Of a stretch of DNA of 64,000 nt, positions 36,185 through 46,411 are shown one piece after another. The DNA comes from Clostridia bacterium (GTDB taxonomy: Bacteria; Bacillota; Clostridia; UMGS1883; UMGS1540), in contig JAFSAU010000008.1 of NCBI GenBank assembly GCA_017442155.1, forward strand, positions 67,649 to 131,648, read 5' to 3'. The position numbers were made by a program, and so were the translations under genes. Under the pieces are notes generated by a model. The model saw only the letters and a list, made by a program, of their open reading frames with translations, was not told the origin of the DNA and made no database searches. The stretch's first letter is position 1. Every line of letters begins with the position of its first letter.

Positions 36185-37057
36185 ATGAACCTTGCAACTA
36201 CAACGGAAGATTTTTCTTTTTACACCAATGACCAGACTAAGATAATAAAATGCATTAAAAAATCCGGGTTTACGTATGCAGATTACAGTTTCGGGGTGGA
36301 TTATAAAAACCGAAGCGGTATATATGCATCGGATTGGAAAAAGTATGTAAAGGAGCTGCAGGAGCATTGTAAAACCATAGGGGTAACGCTCATACAGGCA
36401 CATTCTCCAATGGGAACACCGCTTGCAGATAACAATGAAGAATTTATCAATGCTACAAAAAGATGCATAGAAGCTTGCGGCGTATTGGGGATAAAAAATA
36501 TAGTTGTCCATTCGGGCTACTTAAAAGGGATTTCTAAAAAAGAAACCCTTGAGAAAAATAAGCTGTTTTATGAAAACCTTCTTGGGACGGCAGAAAAATA
36601 TGAAGTAAACATACTGACTGAAAACTTCAATAAAATGTGCATTGAGGATATGTACTGGATTGATAATGCGACGGATTTACTGGAACTGATTGAATGCGTA
36701 AATCATCCTCTTTTTCACGCCGTATGGGACACCGGTCATGCCAATATGCAGGAAATGTCGCAGGAGGAAGAATTAACACGTTTGGGCAAGCACGTGAAAG
36801 CACTTCATATACATGATAACAACGGGGAGAAGGATCAGCATATGTGCCCGTTTTTTGGGACGCTGAACGTGGATTCTCTTGTAAAAGGATTGAAAAAAAT
36901 CGGGTATGACGGTTATTTTACTTTTGAGGCATCCAATTTCTTTGAACCGGCAACAATCTCAAATTCGGATTTTGAACCGGATCTGGACCTGAAGCTTGAA
37001 GCAGAAAAGTTACTCTGCAAAATAGGTGAGAAGATTCTGGAGAGGTATTCACTGTAA
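36185..37057 (+). CDS. Sugar phosphate isomerase/epimerase (xylose-isomerase-like TIM barrel)
   Basis: 'IVVHSGYLKG', 'VNILTENF', 'HAVWDTGHANM' and 'ALHIHDNNGEKDQH' are typical of AP-endo-2/XylI-like TIM proteins. RBS GGAGGG. Confidence 0.75.
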   Translation: MNLATTTEDFSFYTNDQTKIIKCIKKSGFTYADYSFGVDYKNRSGIYASDWKKYVKELQEHCKTIGVTLIQAHSPMGTPLADNNEEFINATKRCIEACGVLGIKNIVVHSGYLKGISKKETLEKNKLFYENLLGTAEKYEVNILTENFNKMCIEDMYWIDNATDLLELIECVNHPLFHAVWDTGHANMQEMSQEEELTRLGKHVKALHIHDNNGEKDQHMCPFFGTLNVDSLVKGLKKIGYDGYFTFEASNFFEPATISNSDFEPDLDLKLEAEKLLCKIGEKILERYSL

Positions 37058-37113
37058 TTTTTTGTTTCTGCCTTGACACGGTCTGAAATGGTGGTTTTAT
37101 TGAAAAGAATAGG

Positions 37114-37142
37114 TTGACAATATTTTGAAAATTGTATATAAT
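37114..37142 (+). promoter_or_regulatory. Consensus sigA promoter upstream of the GDPD gene
   Basis: TTGACA, a 17-nt spacer, then TATAAT ('TTGACAatattttgaaaattgtaTATAAT'). Confidence 0.65.
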
Positions 37143-37193
37143 ATACTCTATAAGGAAAAATATGAATTATTCTGCCGGAGGTGACGGACACGA

Positions 37194-37904
37194 ATGATCA
37201 ATTATGCACACAGAGGGGCAAGTGAATATGCGCCGGAAAACACACTGTCATCTTTTTATCTTGGATTGCAGCAAGGCGCAAACGGGATAGAAACGGATGT
37301 GCAGCGAACGAAAGACGGTACGTTGGTCTTGTTTCATGATGATACACTGGAACGAGTCACAAATGGAAAGGGAAGACTATCGGAACACACGTGGGAAGAG
37401 CTTAAAGCTTTGAAGGTTTACGGAAACAGTACGGTTGATTTTTTTGACAGAATCGTTACAGTAAGAGAGTTTTTAGAAAAATTTGCGTGTTATGATATAC
37501 ACTTTGCAATAGAACTTAAGGGCGAGGGCGTGGAGGCAGAAACACTTTCGCTGATAAAAGAGTACGGTGTTATCGGTAAAACCACATTTACAAGCTTTAA
37601 TTTTGAATATATCAAAAAAATAAAGGAAATCGACCCAAGTGCAAGAGTAGGATGGCTTACAGAAAACCCGGGAGAACAGGAGATAGAAAAATTATTGCGT
37701 ATCTCCGGTGAGGAAATGGCCCCAAAAGCCGAATATATCACGGAAGATTTAATGAACACGCTGCGAAAAAGAGGACTTGGAGTAAGAGCATGGGGCGTTT
37801 CAAACGTTTCGATTATGAAGAAAATGTGTCAGCTAAACGTTGACGGTATGACAGTGAATTTTCCGGATAGATTATTTGAGTGGCTGCATTGCAGGGGGAA
37901 ATAG
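37194..37904 (+). CDS. Glycerophosphodiester phosphodiesterase (GDPD family)
   Basis: '[16 protein letters not shown]', '[28 protein letters not shown]' and 'IELKG' are GDPD catalytic motifs. RBS GGAGGTG. Confidence 0.85.
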   Translation: MINYAHRGASEYAPENTLSSFYLGLQQGANGIETDVQRTKDGTLVLFHDDTLERVTNGKGRLSEHTWEELKALKVYGNSTVDFFDRIVTVREFLEKFACYDIHFAIELKGEGVEAETLSLIKEYGVIGKTTFTSFNFEYIKKIKEIDPSARVGWLTENPGEQEIEKLLRISGEEMAPKAEYITEDLMNTLRKRGLGVRAWGVSNVSIMKKMCQLNVDGMTVNFPDRLFEWLHCRGK

Positions 37905-37985
37905 ATTGGTTTTTGCGCTAATATGCGCGGGTCTATCGAATAAAATAAAAAAGTACGGGTAAACCCCGGAGAAAGGACGAATCAA

Positions 37986-38303
37986 ATGGCAGAAATTATT
38001 AAAACAGCTGATTTTGAAGAAAAGGTAAAAAAGGCAGACAAGCCGGTTCTGGTGGATTTTTACGCGGATTGGTGCGGGCCATGCAAAATGCTCAGCCCTA
38101 CAGTGGAAAAGCTGGCAACAGAGTTTGCAGGAAAGGCATATGTGTATAAAGTGAACACGGATGCCGACGGAGCACTGGCGGCAGGCTTTGGCATCATCAG
38201 CATTCCCACGCTGATTTTCTTTAAAAACGGAGAAGAGGCAGACCGCGTGGTGGGTTTTGTGCCGGAAGATACGCTCCGTGGAAAGCTGGAAGCGTTATGC
38301 TGA
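37986..38303 (+). CDS. trxA: Thioredoxin
   Basis: 'WCGPCK' active site, 105 aa. Confidence 0.9.
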   Translation: MAEIIKTADFEEKVKKADKPVLVDFYADWCGPCKMLSPTVEKLATEFAGKAYVYKVNTDADGALAAGFGIISIPTLIFFKNGEEADRVVGFVPEDTLRGKLEALC

Positions 38304-39247
38304 ATACAGAATGGATAAAAGTCAGTATTGAAACCACCAGCGCGGGGATAGAGCCGCTGTACGGGATGCTTCTTTCCATGGGAATTGAGGGAGCAGAAAT
38401 TGAGGACGAAGCGGATTTTGAGAATTTTCTTGAAAATAACACGCGGTACTGGGATTATGTGGATGACGCACTGCGCGAGGCCAAAAAGGGACCTACGACA
38501 GTGAGTGTATATCTCCGGGATGATGAAAACGGACGGGAAACGCTGTTGCTTCTGCGGGAAAACCTGGCCCGCCTTTCCGGGGACCCGATGCTGGGGACGC
38601 TGGCCGTCACGCTTTGCAATATTGACGAGAATGACTGGTTTGAAAAATGGAAGCAGTATTATAAGCCTTTCACGGTGGGAAAGAACATCACGGTGGTGCC
38701 GGCCTGGACAGAGTACGAGGGAAAAGGAACGGTGCTTAGAATTAACCCCGGAATGCTGTTCGGTACGGGCAGCCATAATACAACACGCTTGTGCATTACG
38801 CTTTTAGAGGAAATTGTAAAGCCTGGAATGACTGTGTTTGACGTAGGATGCGGCAGTGGAATTTTGTCGATTCTGGCCCTGCTTTTAGGAGCAGAACACG
38901 CCACAGCGGTGGATATAGACGCCGCCGCTCCGCGGATTGCCTATGAAAATGCGGCACTCTCCGGGATTACGAAGGAAAAGTATACGGTTCTCTGCGGCAA
39001 CGTGCTGGAACAGGAAGTGACGGACGAAAAATTTGACGTGGTGGTGGCCAACATTGTGGCAGATGTGATTATTCCCTTGTCCGGGAAAGCGGGCCGTTAT
39101 CTGAAAAAGGGCGGGAAATTCCTTTGCTCCGGCATTATCAATGACCGGGTAGAGGAGGTGCTTGAAGCACTTTCAGAAAATGGATTTTCTGTTCTTTCCA
39201 AACAGCAGGATGGGGAATGGTGGGCCATACTGACGGAAGTAAAGTAA
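38297..39247 (+). CDS. prmA: Ribosomal protein L11 methyltransferase
   Basis: The N-terminus 'W..V.IET...' is PrmA-like, and the SAM motif 'VFDVGCGSGILSI' is present. Its start overlaps the trxA stop. Confidence 0.85.
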   Translation: MLNTEWIKVSIETTSAGIEPLYGMLLSMGIEGAEIEDEADFENFLENNTRYWDYVDDALREAKKGPTTVSVYLRDDENGRETLLLLRENLARLSGDPMLGTLAVTLCNIDENDWFEKWKQYYKPFTVGKNITVVPAWTEYEGKGTVLRINPGMLFGTGSHNTTRLCITLLEEIVKPGMTVFDVGCGSGILSILALLLGAEHATAVDIDAAAPRIAYENAALSGITKEKYTVLCGNVLEQEVTDEKFDVVVANIVADVIIPLSGKAGRYLKKGGKFLCSGIINDRVEEVLEALSENGFSVLSKQQDGEWWAILTEVK

Positions 39248-39258
39248 AGGGAAACAAC

Positions 39259-39975
39259 ATGGCGAGATTTTTTGTGCCGGAGAAAGCAATTTCCGGCAAT
39301 ACAATTTTAATTGAGGGCGAGGATGTGTCGCATATTACTAAGGTACTTCGTCTGCGGGAAGGGGATACCTTTACCGTCTGTGACGGAATGCGGCATGATT
39401 ATCTTTGCAGTCTCGAAGCGGCTGATAAAAAAACAGTGACGGCGAAAATCCTGGAAGAACAGGAGAATACGGCAGAGCCGCCGTGCTTTATTACACTGTA
39501 CCAGGGCTTGCCGAAGGCATCGAAACTGGACTATATTGTGCAAAAATGCGTGGAAATCGGCGTCAGCCGTATCGTGCCAATGCTTACGGACCGGGTGGTA
39601 AAGGAAGGGAATCCGAAGCGGGAGCGTCTTGCTAAAATTGCTTTGGAAGCGGCCAAGCAGTCGGGAAGAGGAATTGTGCCGGATGTAGGTACCCCGGTTT
39701 CTTTCGCGGAGGCCGTGGAAGGTGCAAAGAGGGCAGAGCTTTCTTTTATTCCCTATGAATGTGAAACAAAGCGAAGCCTTAAAGCTGCCATGCGGGATAA
39801 GAAGCCGGAGACGGTGAGCGTTCTTATCGGACCGGAGGGCGGTTTTACGGAAGATGAAATCAACCGGGCTTCGGCGGCGGGAATTGTTTCCGTCACCCTG
39901 GGCCGCCGGATTCTCCGCACCGAAACGGCGGGGCCGGTGACCTGCGGCAATATTTTATACGAAATTGAGGGATAA
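39259..39975 (+). CDS. rsmE: 16S rRNA (uracil1498-N3)-methyltransferase
   Basis: The ATG at 39259 ('MARFFV') is preceded by RBS AAGGGAAA. 'LYQGLPK...KLD' and 'LIGPEGGFTEDE' are present. It lies in the prmA-rsmE synteny typical of Firmicutes. Confidence 0.8.
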   Translation: MARFFVPEKAISGNTILIEGEDVSHITKVLRLREGDTFTVCDGMRHDYLCSLEAADKKTVTAKILEEQENTAEPPCFITLYQGLPKASKLDYIVQKCVEIGVSRIVPMLTDRVVKEGNPKRERLAKIALEAAKQSGRGIVPDVGTPVSFAEAVEGAKRAELSFIPYECETKRSLKAAMRDKKPETVSVLIGPEGGFTEDEINRASAAGIVSVTLGRRILRTETAGPVTCGNILYEIEG

Positions 39976-39977
39976 CC

Positions 39978-40643
39978 ATGCAGTACAAAGCAGTTATTTT
40001 TGATTTGGACGGGACACTTCTTGACACACTGGAAACGCTGTCCTATTACAGCAATTCCACGCTGGAAAAGCTGGGACTTACGCCATACGAAAAAGATGCG
40101 TACCGCTATATGATAGGGAACGGTGCCAAAAAATTGATTCAGCGGATGCTGGCCGGCCGGGATGCGGACGAGCTGTTTGAAAAAGCCTATGATATGTACA
40201 TAACAGCCTATAACAGCGACACGCTTTTCAAAACGGAAATTTACCCCGGCATCACCGAACTTTTGGCGGTGCTGAAGAAAGCAGGAATAAAACTTGCCGT
40301 GCTTTCCAATAAGCCGCACGAGGCCACGGTTCCCATTATCAAAAGCTTTTTCGGCGAAGAAACCTTTGCAGATATCCGGGGAGCCATGGAGGGCGTGCCC
40401 ATAAAGCCGGACCCTGCGGCGGCCCTTGATATTGCCGGAAAGCTGGGATGCAAACCTGGGGAATGTCTTTATGTGGGTGACACAGGTGTGGATATGGAAA
40501 CAGGCAGACGCGCCGGATTTCACACTGTCGGTGTTCTCTGGGGCTTCCGCGACAGGGAAGAGCTTGTAGCAAACGGTGCAGACTGTATCGTGGAAACGCC
40601 GATGGAAATTGAAAAATGTCTGATGGAGGAAGAATATGCCTAA
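39978..40643 (+). CDS. HAD-superfamily hydrolase (phosphoglycolate-phosphatase-like)
   Basis: 'VIFDLDGTLLDT' is HAD motif I, and 'VGDTGVDMETGRRAG' is motif IV. Confidence 0.75.
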   Translation: MQYKAVIFDLDGTLLDTLETLSYYSNSTLEKLGLTPYEKDAYRYMIGNGAKKLIQRMLAGRDADELFEKAYDMYITAYNSDTLFKTEIYPGITELLAVLKKAGIKLAVLSNKPHEATVPIIKSFFGEETFADIRGAMEGVPIKPDPAAALDIAGKLGCKPGECLYVGDTGVDMETGRRAGFHTVGVLWGFRDREELVANGADCIVETPMEIEKCLMEEEYA

Positions 40644-41316
40644 AATCGGGAACGATTGGGATGCTGTTATCGGCGGTGAATTTAAAAAAAGCTATTATAC
40701 GGCACTACGTGGATTCCTGAAAGAGGAATACGCAAATCAGACGGTTTATCCCGATATGTATAATCTTTTTGCGGCACTGAAAGCAACACCCTATGAAAAA
40801 GTGAAGGTGGTTATTCTGGGACAGGATCCGTACCACGGCCCCGGTCAGGCACACGGTATGTGTTTTTCTGTGTTACCGGGGGTCCCGGCTCCGCCGTCTC
40901 TTGTGAATATTTATAAGGAGATTGAAAGTGAGACCGGCGGCTTTGTACCGGACAACGGATATCTGATGCCTTGGGCAGAGCAGGGTGTCCTCCTTTTAAA
41001 TACCGTCCTTTCCGTGCGGGAAGGGCAGCCCAATTCTCATAAAGGGAAGGGGTGGGAGGAATTTACGGATGCGGTTATTGATGCGCTGGACAAACGTGAA
41101 AAGCCCATGGTGTTCCTTCTTTGGGGAGCCAATGCCCGTCAGAAAGCAGCCCGGGTAAACCGGGAAAGGCATCTCTGCCTTTCTGCACCGCACCCGAGTC
41201 CGCTGTCGGCGTATAACGGTTTTTTTGGCTGCGGTCATTTTGAAAAAGCCAATGAATTTTTGATTGAAACGGTACAAAGCCCTATTGATTGGCAGATTCC
41301 CAACATAAATCCATAA
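40636..41316 (+). CDS. ung: Uracil-DNA glycosylase (family 1)
   Basis: 'VVILGQDPYHGPGQAHGMCFSV' and 'GVLLLNTVLSV' are Ung catalytic motifs. Confidence 0.9.
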   Translation: MPKIGNDWDAVIGGEFKKSYYTALRGFLKEEYANQTVYPDMYNLFAALKATPYEKVKVVILGQDPYHGPGQAHGMCFSVLPGVPAPPSLVNIYKEIESETGGFVPDNGYLMPWAEQGVLLLNTVLSVREGQPNSHKGKGWEEFTDAVIDALDKREKPMVFLLWGANARQKAARVNRERHLCLSAPHPSPLSAYNGFFGCGHFEKANEFLIETVQSPIDWQIPNINP

Positions 41317-41333
41317 AAAATTAAAATTGATAT

Positions 41334-41362
41334 TTGACAAAACGCTTACAATGTAGTATAAT
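41334..41362 (+). promoter_or_regulatory. Consensus sigA promoter upstream of carD
   Basis: TTGACA, a 17-nt spacer, then TATAAT ('TTGACAaaacgcttacaatgtagTATAAT'). Confidence 0.65.
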
Positions 41363-41397
41363 AATACCATAAGAAAGAGTGGGAGGCGTAATCAGAT

Positions 41398-41877
41398 ATG
41401 TACAGCATCGGCGACAAGGTGGTCTACCCCATGTACGGTGCCGGAATTATCGAATCAATTGAGGAACAGGAGTTTCAGGGCACGGTTAATAAATATTATG
41501 TTATGAAGATGCCCATGGGAGACATGAAGGTCATGATTCCTATGCTCAATGCCGAAAAAATTGGTATTCGTGATGTAATTGACGATAAGGAAGCCGACAG
41601 GGTAATCGGTGAATTTGCAACACTGGAAACGGAGTGCGAGCACAGCTGGAACAAGCGATACCGTGAAAATATGCTGAAAATCAAGGGCGGAAATATTTAC
41701 GAGGTGGCGGCAGTGGTGAAAGCCCTGATGTGCCGCGACAGGGAGAAGGGCCTTTCCACCGGTGAGAAGAAAATGCTGACAAATGCAAAGCAGATTCTTA
41801 TAAGCGAACTCGTACTTGCGAAGAACATCGCCCAGGAAGAAATCGAACGGCTGTTTGAAGCAGCACTCGATGCGTAG
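41398..41877 (+). CDS. carD: CarD/CdnL family transcriptional regulator (RNAP-binding)
   Basis: 'YSIGDKVVYPMYGAGIIESIEE...YYVMKM' is the CarD_CdnL_TRCF N-domain. Confidence 0.8.
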   Translation: MYSIGDKVVYPMYGAGIIESIEEQEFQGTVNKYYVMKMPMGDMKVMIPMLNAEKIGIRDVIDDKEADRVIGEFATLETECEHSWNKRYRENMLKIKGGNIYEVAAVVKALMCRDREKGLSTGEKKMLTNAKQILISELVLAKNIAQEEIERLFEAALDA

Positions 41878-41925
41878 AAAAGAGAAAGGCAAGCTGGACG
41901 CTTCGGGCGGTCAGCCCTCTGGTGT

Positions 41926-42609
41926 ATGAATGAAAAGATAGCGGCGGTGGTGACCGCAGCAGGCCTGGGCACCCGGATGGGTGCCGGTAAAAATAAACTA
42001 TTGCTGGAGGTTTTGGGACGTCCTGTGCTATCGTGGACGCTGGAAGCCTTTGAAAGTTGTCCCCTCGTTGACGAAATTCTGGTTGTCGCAAACGAACAGG
42101 ACATCTTTTCATATAGAGATATTGTTGCGGCGGAAGGATTCACCAAAGTAACAACCATTGTCTGCGGCGGAGAAACCCGCGCGGACAGCGTGTATAAGGG
42201 TGTTTGTGCGGCGGAGAATGCAGACGTCGTGGTGATTCATGACGGAGCACGGCCGCTGATAACGCCGGAAATGATTGAAAAAACGGTGGAAGCCAGCCGG
42301 GAGACCGGCGCGGCTATTGCGGCGGTGAAGGCAGTTGACACTATCAAGCGGGTTGAGGACGGTATCATTGTAGAAACACCAAACCGGGAAACCCTCTGGC
42401 AGGCTCAAACGCCGCAGGTGTTTCGCCGGAATCTGTTTCTGGAAGCAATGGAAAAATGCACCGGCAAAATTACCGACGATGCCTCTGCGCTCGAACAAAT
42501 GGGCGGGCGCGTGCGGGTGGCGGACGCCGGATATGAAAATATTAAAATTACCACACCCTTTGACCTTCTCGTGGCCGAAGCGGTGCTTGCAAAGAGGATA
42601 GAAGCATGA
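41926..42609 (+). CDS. ispD: 2-C-methyl-D-erythritol 4-phosphate cytidylyltransferase
   Basis: 'AAVVTAAGLGTRMG...NKLLL' is present. It lies in ispD-ispF synteny. Confidence 0.9.
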   Translation: MNEKIAAVVTAAGLGTRMGAGKNKLLLEVLGRPVLSWTLEAFESCPLVDEILVVANEQDIFSYRDIVAAEGFTKVTTIVCGGETRADSVYKGVCAAENADVVVIHDGARPLITPEMIEKTVEASRETGAAIAAVKAVDTIKRVEDGIIVETPNRETLWQAQTPQVFRRNLFLEAMEKCTGKITDDASALEQMGGRVRVADAGYENIKITTPFDLLVAEAVLAKRIEA

Positions 42610-43082
42610 TGCGGATAGGACATGGGTATGATGCCCACAGGTTTGCGGAGGGCAGGCCGCTCTATTTAGGCGGTGTGCTGATTTCTGAAAACGGCGGTCT
42701 GCTTGGACACTCGGATGCGGATGTGGCACTTCATGCGCTGATGGATGCTATGCTGGGTGCGGCGGCACATGGAGATATCGGCAAGCTTTTTCCGCCGGCG
42801 GATGCCACATGGAAAGGTGCGAGGAGCACAGACCTTCTGCAGATTGTCCGGCAGAAACTTGACGAAGCCGGGTATAGGGTGGGAAATGCCGATATCACAG
42901 TCATTGCGCAAAAGCCCCGTCTCGCCCCGTATATTGACACAATGCGCCGCACGATTGCGGATATTCTGAGTACGGATATTGAGGACATCAGCGTTAAGGC
43001 AACCACGACGGAACGGATGGGCTTTACAGGAAGGGAGGAAGGCATTGCGGCAGAAGCCGTATGTCTTTTATATAAAAAATAA
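42606..43082 (+). CDS. ispF: 2-C-methyl-D-erythritol 2,4-cyclodiphosphate synthase
   Basis: '[12 protein letters not shown]...GHSDADV' is present. Confidence 0.9.
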   Translation: MMRIGHGYDAHRFAEGRPLYLGGVLISENGGLLGHSDADVALHALMDAMLGAAAHGDIGKLFPPADATWKGARSTDLLQIVRQKLDEAGYRVGNADITVIAQKPRLAPYIDTMRRTIADILSTDIEDISVKATTTERMGFTGREEGIAAEAVCLLYKK

Positions 43083-43095
43083 AAGGAGATTTAAA

Positions 43096-44436
43096 ATGCA
43101 GTTTTCGTGGCAGTATGCAAAGGATTTCTTGACAACAAATGAAATGGAGACAATGCAGAACAGAGTTTCTGCTGCACACGATGAATTACACGAAAGAAAA
43201 GGCCTTGGAAGCGATTTTACGGGCTGGCTGGATCTGCCGGCAAAAGTCGACGCCGGGGAATATACCCGTATAAAGGCGGCAGCCGCCAAAATCCGTCAGC
43301 AGGCGGAGGTGTTGATTGTCATCGGTATCGGTGGTTCTTATCTGGGAGCCAAAGCGGCGATAGAAATGCTTTGCGCGCCGTTTTATAATATTCGGAAGGA
43401 CCGGAGCGGACCGCAGATTTTCTTTGCGGGTCACAATATCAGCAGCAATTATCTTGCAGAACTTAAAGAGTTGATTGCCGACAAATCGTTTGCCGTGAAT
43501 GTAATTTCCAAATCCGGTACCACTACGGAGCCTGCGATTGCGTTTCGTTTTTTCAAGCTTCTTCTGGAGGAAAAGTATGGGAAGGATGAAGCACGTGAGC
43601 GTATTTATGTCACCACGGATAAAAGCCGCGGCGCCCTTTTTTCTCTGGCAAAAGAGGAAGGGTATGAACGGTTTGTCATTCCGGATGATGTGGGAGGCCG
43701 GTACTCTGTTCTGACGCCGGTGGGCCTTCTGCCCATGGCGGCAGCGGGTATTGACACGGATGCGGTGCTGTCCGGTGCCAGAGATGCGATGGATGCCTAT
43801 GGCGAACGTTCTATTGAGAAAAATGATTGCTATGCCTATGCGGCAGCAAGAAATATTTTATATGAAAAGGGCAAGACAATCGAAGTTCTTGCCAACTATG
43901 AAGGTAGCCTGCATGATTTTGCCGAGTGGTGGAAGCAACTGTACGGCGAGAGTGAGGGAAAGGATGGCAAGGGGATTTTTCCGGCCGCGGTGGATTTTTC
44001 CACGGATCTGCACTCTATGGGACAGTATCTGCAGGATGGAAAACGGAATCTTTTTGAAACCGTTATACGTATAAAAACGCCGCGACGGGACATGGATGTA
44101 CCGGAAATGGCAGGGAATATTGACGGTCTCGGCTTTCTGGAAGGAAAGACCGTGGACTATGTGAACACCCGGGCATTTCTGGGAACACTGCTCGCCCACA
44201 CGGACGGCGGTGTACCCTGTCTCCTTCTGGAAATGGAGAAGCAGGATGCCTATCATTTCGGACGGGCTGTGTACTTTTTTGAAAAGGCCTGCGGTATCAG
44301 CGGCTATATTTTGGGGGTAAATCCCTTTGACCAGCCGGGTGTGGAAGCATACAAGAAAAATATGTTTGCACTTCTCGGAAAACCGGGCTATGCGGAGGAT
44401 GGAGAGCGTCTGTCCCGGCGGCTCGGCACTATGTAG
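43096..44436 (+). CDS. pgi: Glucose-6-phosphate isomerase (bacillus-type, ~447 aa)
   Basis: The ATG at 43096 is preceded by AAGGAG; the track's 42979 start is unsupported. '[10 protein letters not shown]' and 'GGRYSVL' are PGI motifs. Confidence 0.9.
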   Translation: MQFSWQYAKDFLTTNEMETMQNRVSAAHDELHERKGLGSDFTGWLDLPAKVDAGEYTRIKAAAAKIRQQAEVLIVIGIGGSYLGAKAAIEMLCAPFYNIRKDRSGPQIFFAGHNISSNYLAELKELIADKSFAVNVISKSGTTTEPAIAFRFFKLLLEEKYGKDEARERIYVTTDKSRGALFSLAKEEGYERFVIPDDVGGRYSVLTPVGLLPMAAAGIDTDAVLSGARDAMDAYGERSIEKNDCYAYAAARNILYEKGKTIEVLANYEGSLHDFAEWWKQLYGESEGKDGKGIFPAAVDFSTDLHSMGQYLQDGKRNLFETVIRIKTPRRDMDVPEMAGNIDGLGFLEGKTVDYVNTRAFLGTLLAHTDGGVPCLLLEMEKQDAYHFGRAVYFFEKACGISGYILGVNPFDQPGVEAYKKNMFALLGKPGYAEDGERLSRRLGTM

Positions 44437-44498
44437 TGAAAAACAGTTCTGTTTTATCGCAGACTGTTTAAATAAACAATGAAAGGTTGGCGAAAAAC

Positions 44499-44906
44499 AT
44501 GATTAGAGTTATTCTTGGAGAAAAAGGAACAGGTAAAACCAAAATGCTGCTGGACAGCGTACATGCCGCTGTGGAGAGCGAGAAAGGCAATGTGGTTTTC
44601 ATTAACAACGGTTCCCAGCATATTACGGATGTGAGCCATAAAATCCGTCTCGTTGACACCTCTGAATTCTCTGTAGGGACCTATCCGGAATTTTACGGAT
44701 TGGTGAGCGGCATTCTGGCGCAGAATTATGATGTATCTTACATTTTTGTGGACAGCATCACGAAGATTGCCTCCGGCACTGATGAGGAACTGGAAGCACT
44801 TCTGGAAAAACTGAATGCTCTCTGTGAAAAGTTTGAGGTACAGATGGCTATGACACTCAGCATGAGTGCTGCAGACGCAAGCGACAAGATTAAGGCGTTC
44901 GCATAA
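44499..44906 (+). CDS. Small P-loop (Walker A 'GEKGTGKT') protein of unknown function
   Basis: 135 aa from the ATG at 44499. The track's TTG start 12 nt earlier is less likely. Confidence 0.55.
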   Translation: MIRVILGEKGTGKTKMLLDSVHAAVESEKGNVVFINNGSQHITDVSHKIRLVDTSEFSVGTYPEFYGLVSGILAQNYDVSYIFVDSITKIASGTDEELEALLEKLNALCEKFEVQMAMTLSMSAADASDKIKAFA

Positions 44907-44929
44907 GACAGAAAGGGATGTAACAGAAC

Positions 44930-46411
44930 ATGAATTACAAGAGTACCCGCGGCAGTGCCGCAGTTTCTGCCTCGGCGGCCATTGTAAAAGGCCTGGCACC
45001 GGATGGCGGTCTGTATGTGCCGGAATCGTTTCCTGCTCTGGAAGGGGTCAGCACTTTTGTCGGACTTTCGTACCGCGAGCGGGCAAAAAAAGTACTGTCG
45101 GCATTTTTGCGGGACTTTACGCCCGAGGAAGTGGACCACTGTGTGGAAAAAGCTTATACTGCTGAAAAATTTGGTTCTGACGAAATTGCGCCTATGCATC
45201 GATTGAGCAGTACTGCGCATGTGTTAGAGCTGTGGCATGGACCCACCTGTGCGTTTAAGGATATGGCACTGCAGATTCTGCCTCATCTTCTCACCGTTTC
45301 CATGCGGAAAAGCGGCATTCGCGATGAGGTGGCTATTTTAGTGGCAACCAGTGGCGATACAGGCAAGGCAGCCCTGGAGGGCTTCCGGGATGTGGATGGA
45401 ACAAGGGTGCTTGTATTCTTCCCGAGAGACGGCGTCAGCAATATCCAGCGGAAGCAGATGGTTACACAGGAAGGGAAAAACGTGGGTGTGGCCGCGGTGG
45501 AGGGTAATTTTGACGATGCTCAAAACGGCGTAAAATCCATTTTCACAGATGCGGAATACAATGCCTTTTTAAAGGAAAACGGCATTGTGCTGTCATCGGC
45601 GAATTCCATTAACTGGGGGCGGCTTGTACCACAGATTGTATACTACGTTTCTGCTTGGGTCAGTCTTGTTGAAAAAGGCGAAATTAAAGAGGGCGAGAGC
45701 TTCAATGTGGTCGTTCCTACGGGTAATTTCGGCAATATTCTGGCCGCATATTATGCAAAGAAAATGGGCGTACCCATTGCTCGGCTGATTTGTGCATCCA
45801 ACGCAAATGACGTACTTACCGAGTTTATCAGCACCGGTGTGTATAATCGCAAACGGGATTTTCATCTGACGATTTCGCCGTCCATGGACATCCTGATTTC
45901 CAGCAATCTGGAACGGTTCCTCTATGATATTTCGGGTGAGGATAGTGAAAAGGTTTCCGGCTGGATGGAAGAACTGAAAACGGACGGAGAGTACCATGTG
46001 GATGCGGATACCCTCTCTAAAATGCAGGAGATTTTGTGGGCCGGTAGCTGTGACGATGCGGAAACGCTGGACACCATCCGCGAAACGTATGAAAAATATG
46101 CGTACCTGGCAGATACGCATACGGCCGTGGCTCTGCGGGTGTATGACAATTATGTAAAGAAAACTGGGGATGCAGCCGTAACGGTGATTGCCTCTACCGC
46201 AAGCCCATATAAATTCGGACAGAGTGTACTTGGCGCAATAAGCGAAAACGTACCGGAAGACGATTTTGAAATTCTCGAAGAAATCGAAAAAGAGAGCGGG
46301 CTTCCCGTGCCAAAGGCACTGGGGGAACTTCGCACCAAGCCTGAACGGTTTGGCATGACATGCCCGCCGGATAAAATGCGGGATGCGGTCAAGACACTTT
46401 TAGATTTGTAA
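44930..46411 (+). CDS. thrC: Threonine synthase (long form)
   Basis: 493 aa. The PLP-lysine motif 'PTCAFKDMALQ' is present, with the C-terminal domain typical of long ThrC. Confidence 0.9.
   Translation: MNYKSTRGSAAVSASAAIVKGLAPDGGLYVPESFPALEGVSTFVGLSYRERAKKVLSAFLRDFTPEEVDHCVEKAYTAEKFGSDEIAPMHRLSSTAHVLELWHGPTCAFKDMALQILPHLLTVSMRKSGIRDEVAILVATSGDTGKAALEGFRDVDGTRVLVFFPRDGVSNIQRKQMVTQEGKNVGVAAVEGNFDDAQNGVKSIFTDAEYNAFLKENGIVLSSANSINWGRLVPQIVYYVSAWVSLVEKGEIKEGESFNVVVPTGNFGNILAAYYAKKMGVPIARLICASNANDVLTEFISTGVYNRKRDFHLTISPSMDILISSNLERFLYDISGEDSEKVSGWMEELKTDGEYHVDADTLSKMQEILWAGSCDDAETLDTIRETYEKYAYLADTHTAVALRVYDNYVKKTGDAAVTVIASTASPYKFGQSVLGAISENVPEDDFEILEEIEKESGLPVPKALGELRTKPERFGMTCPPDKMRDAVKTLLDL

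Noticed and set aside
44437-44498. Possible hairpin 'AAACAGTtctgttttatcgcagACTGTTT' between pgi and the P-loop gene, considered as a terminator or T-box element
   Set aside because: It has a short stem with a large loop, no flanking T-run and no specifier-like features. It is a weak structure.
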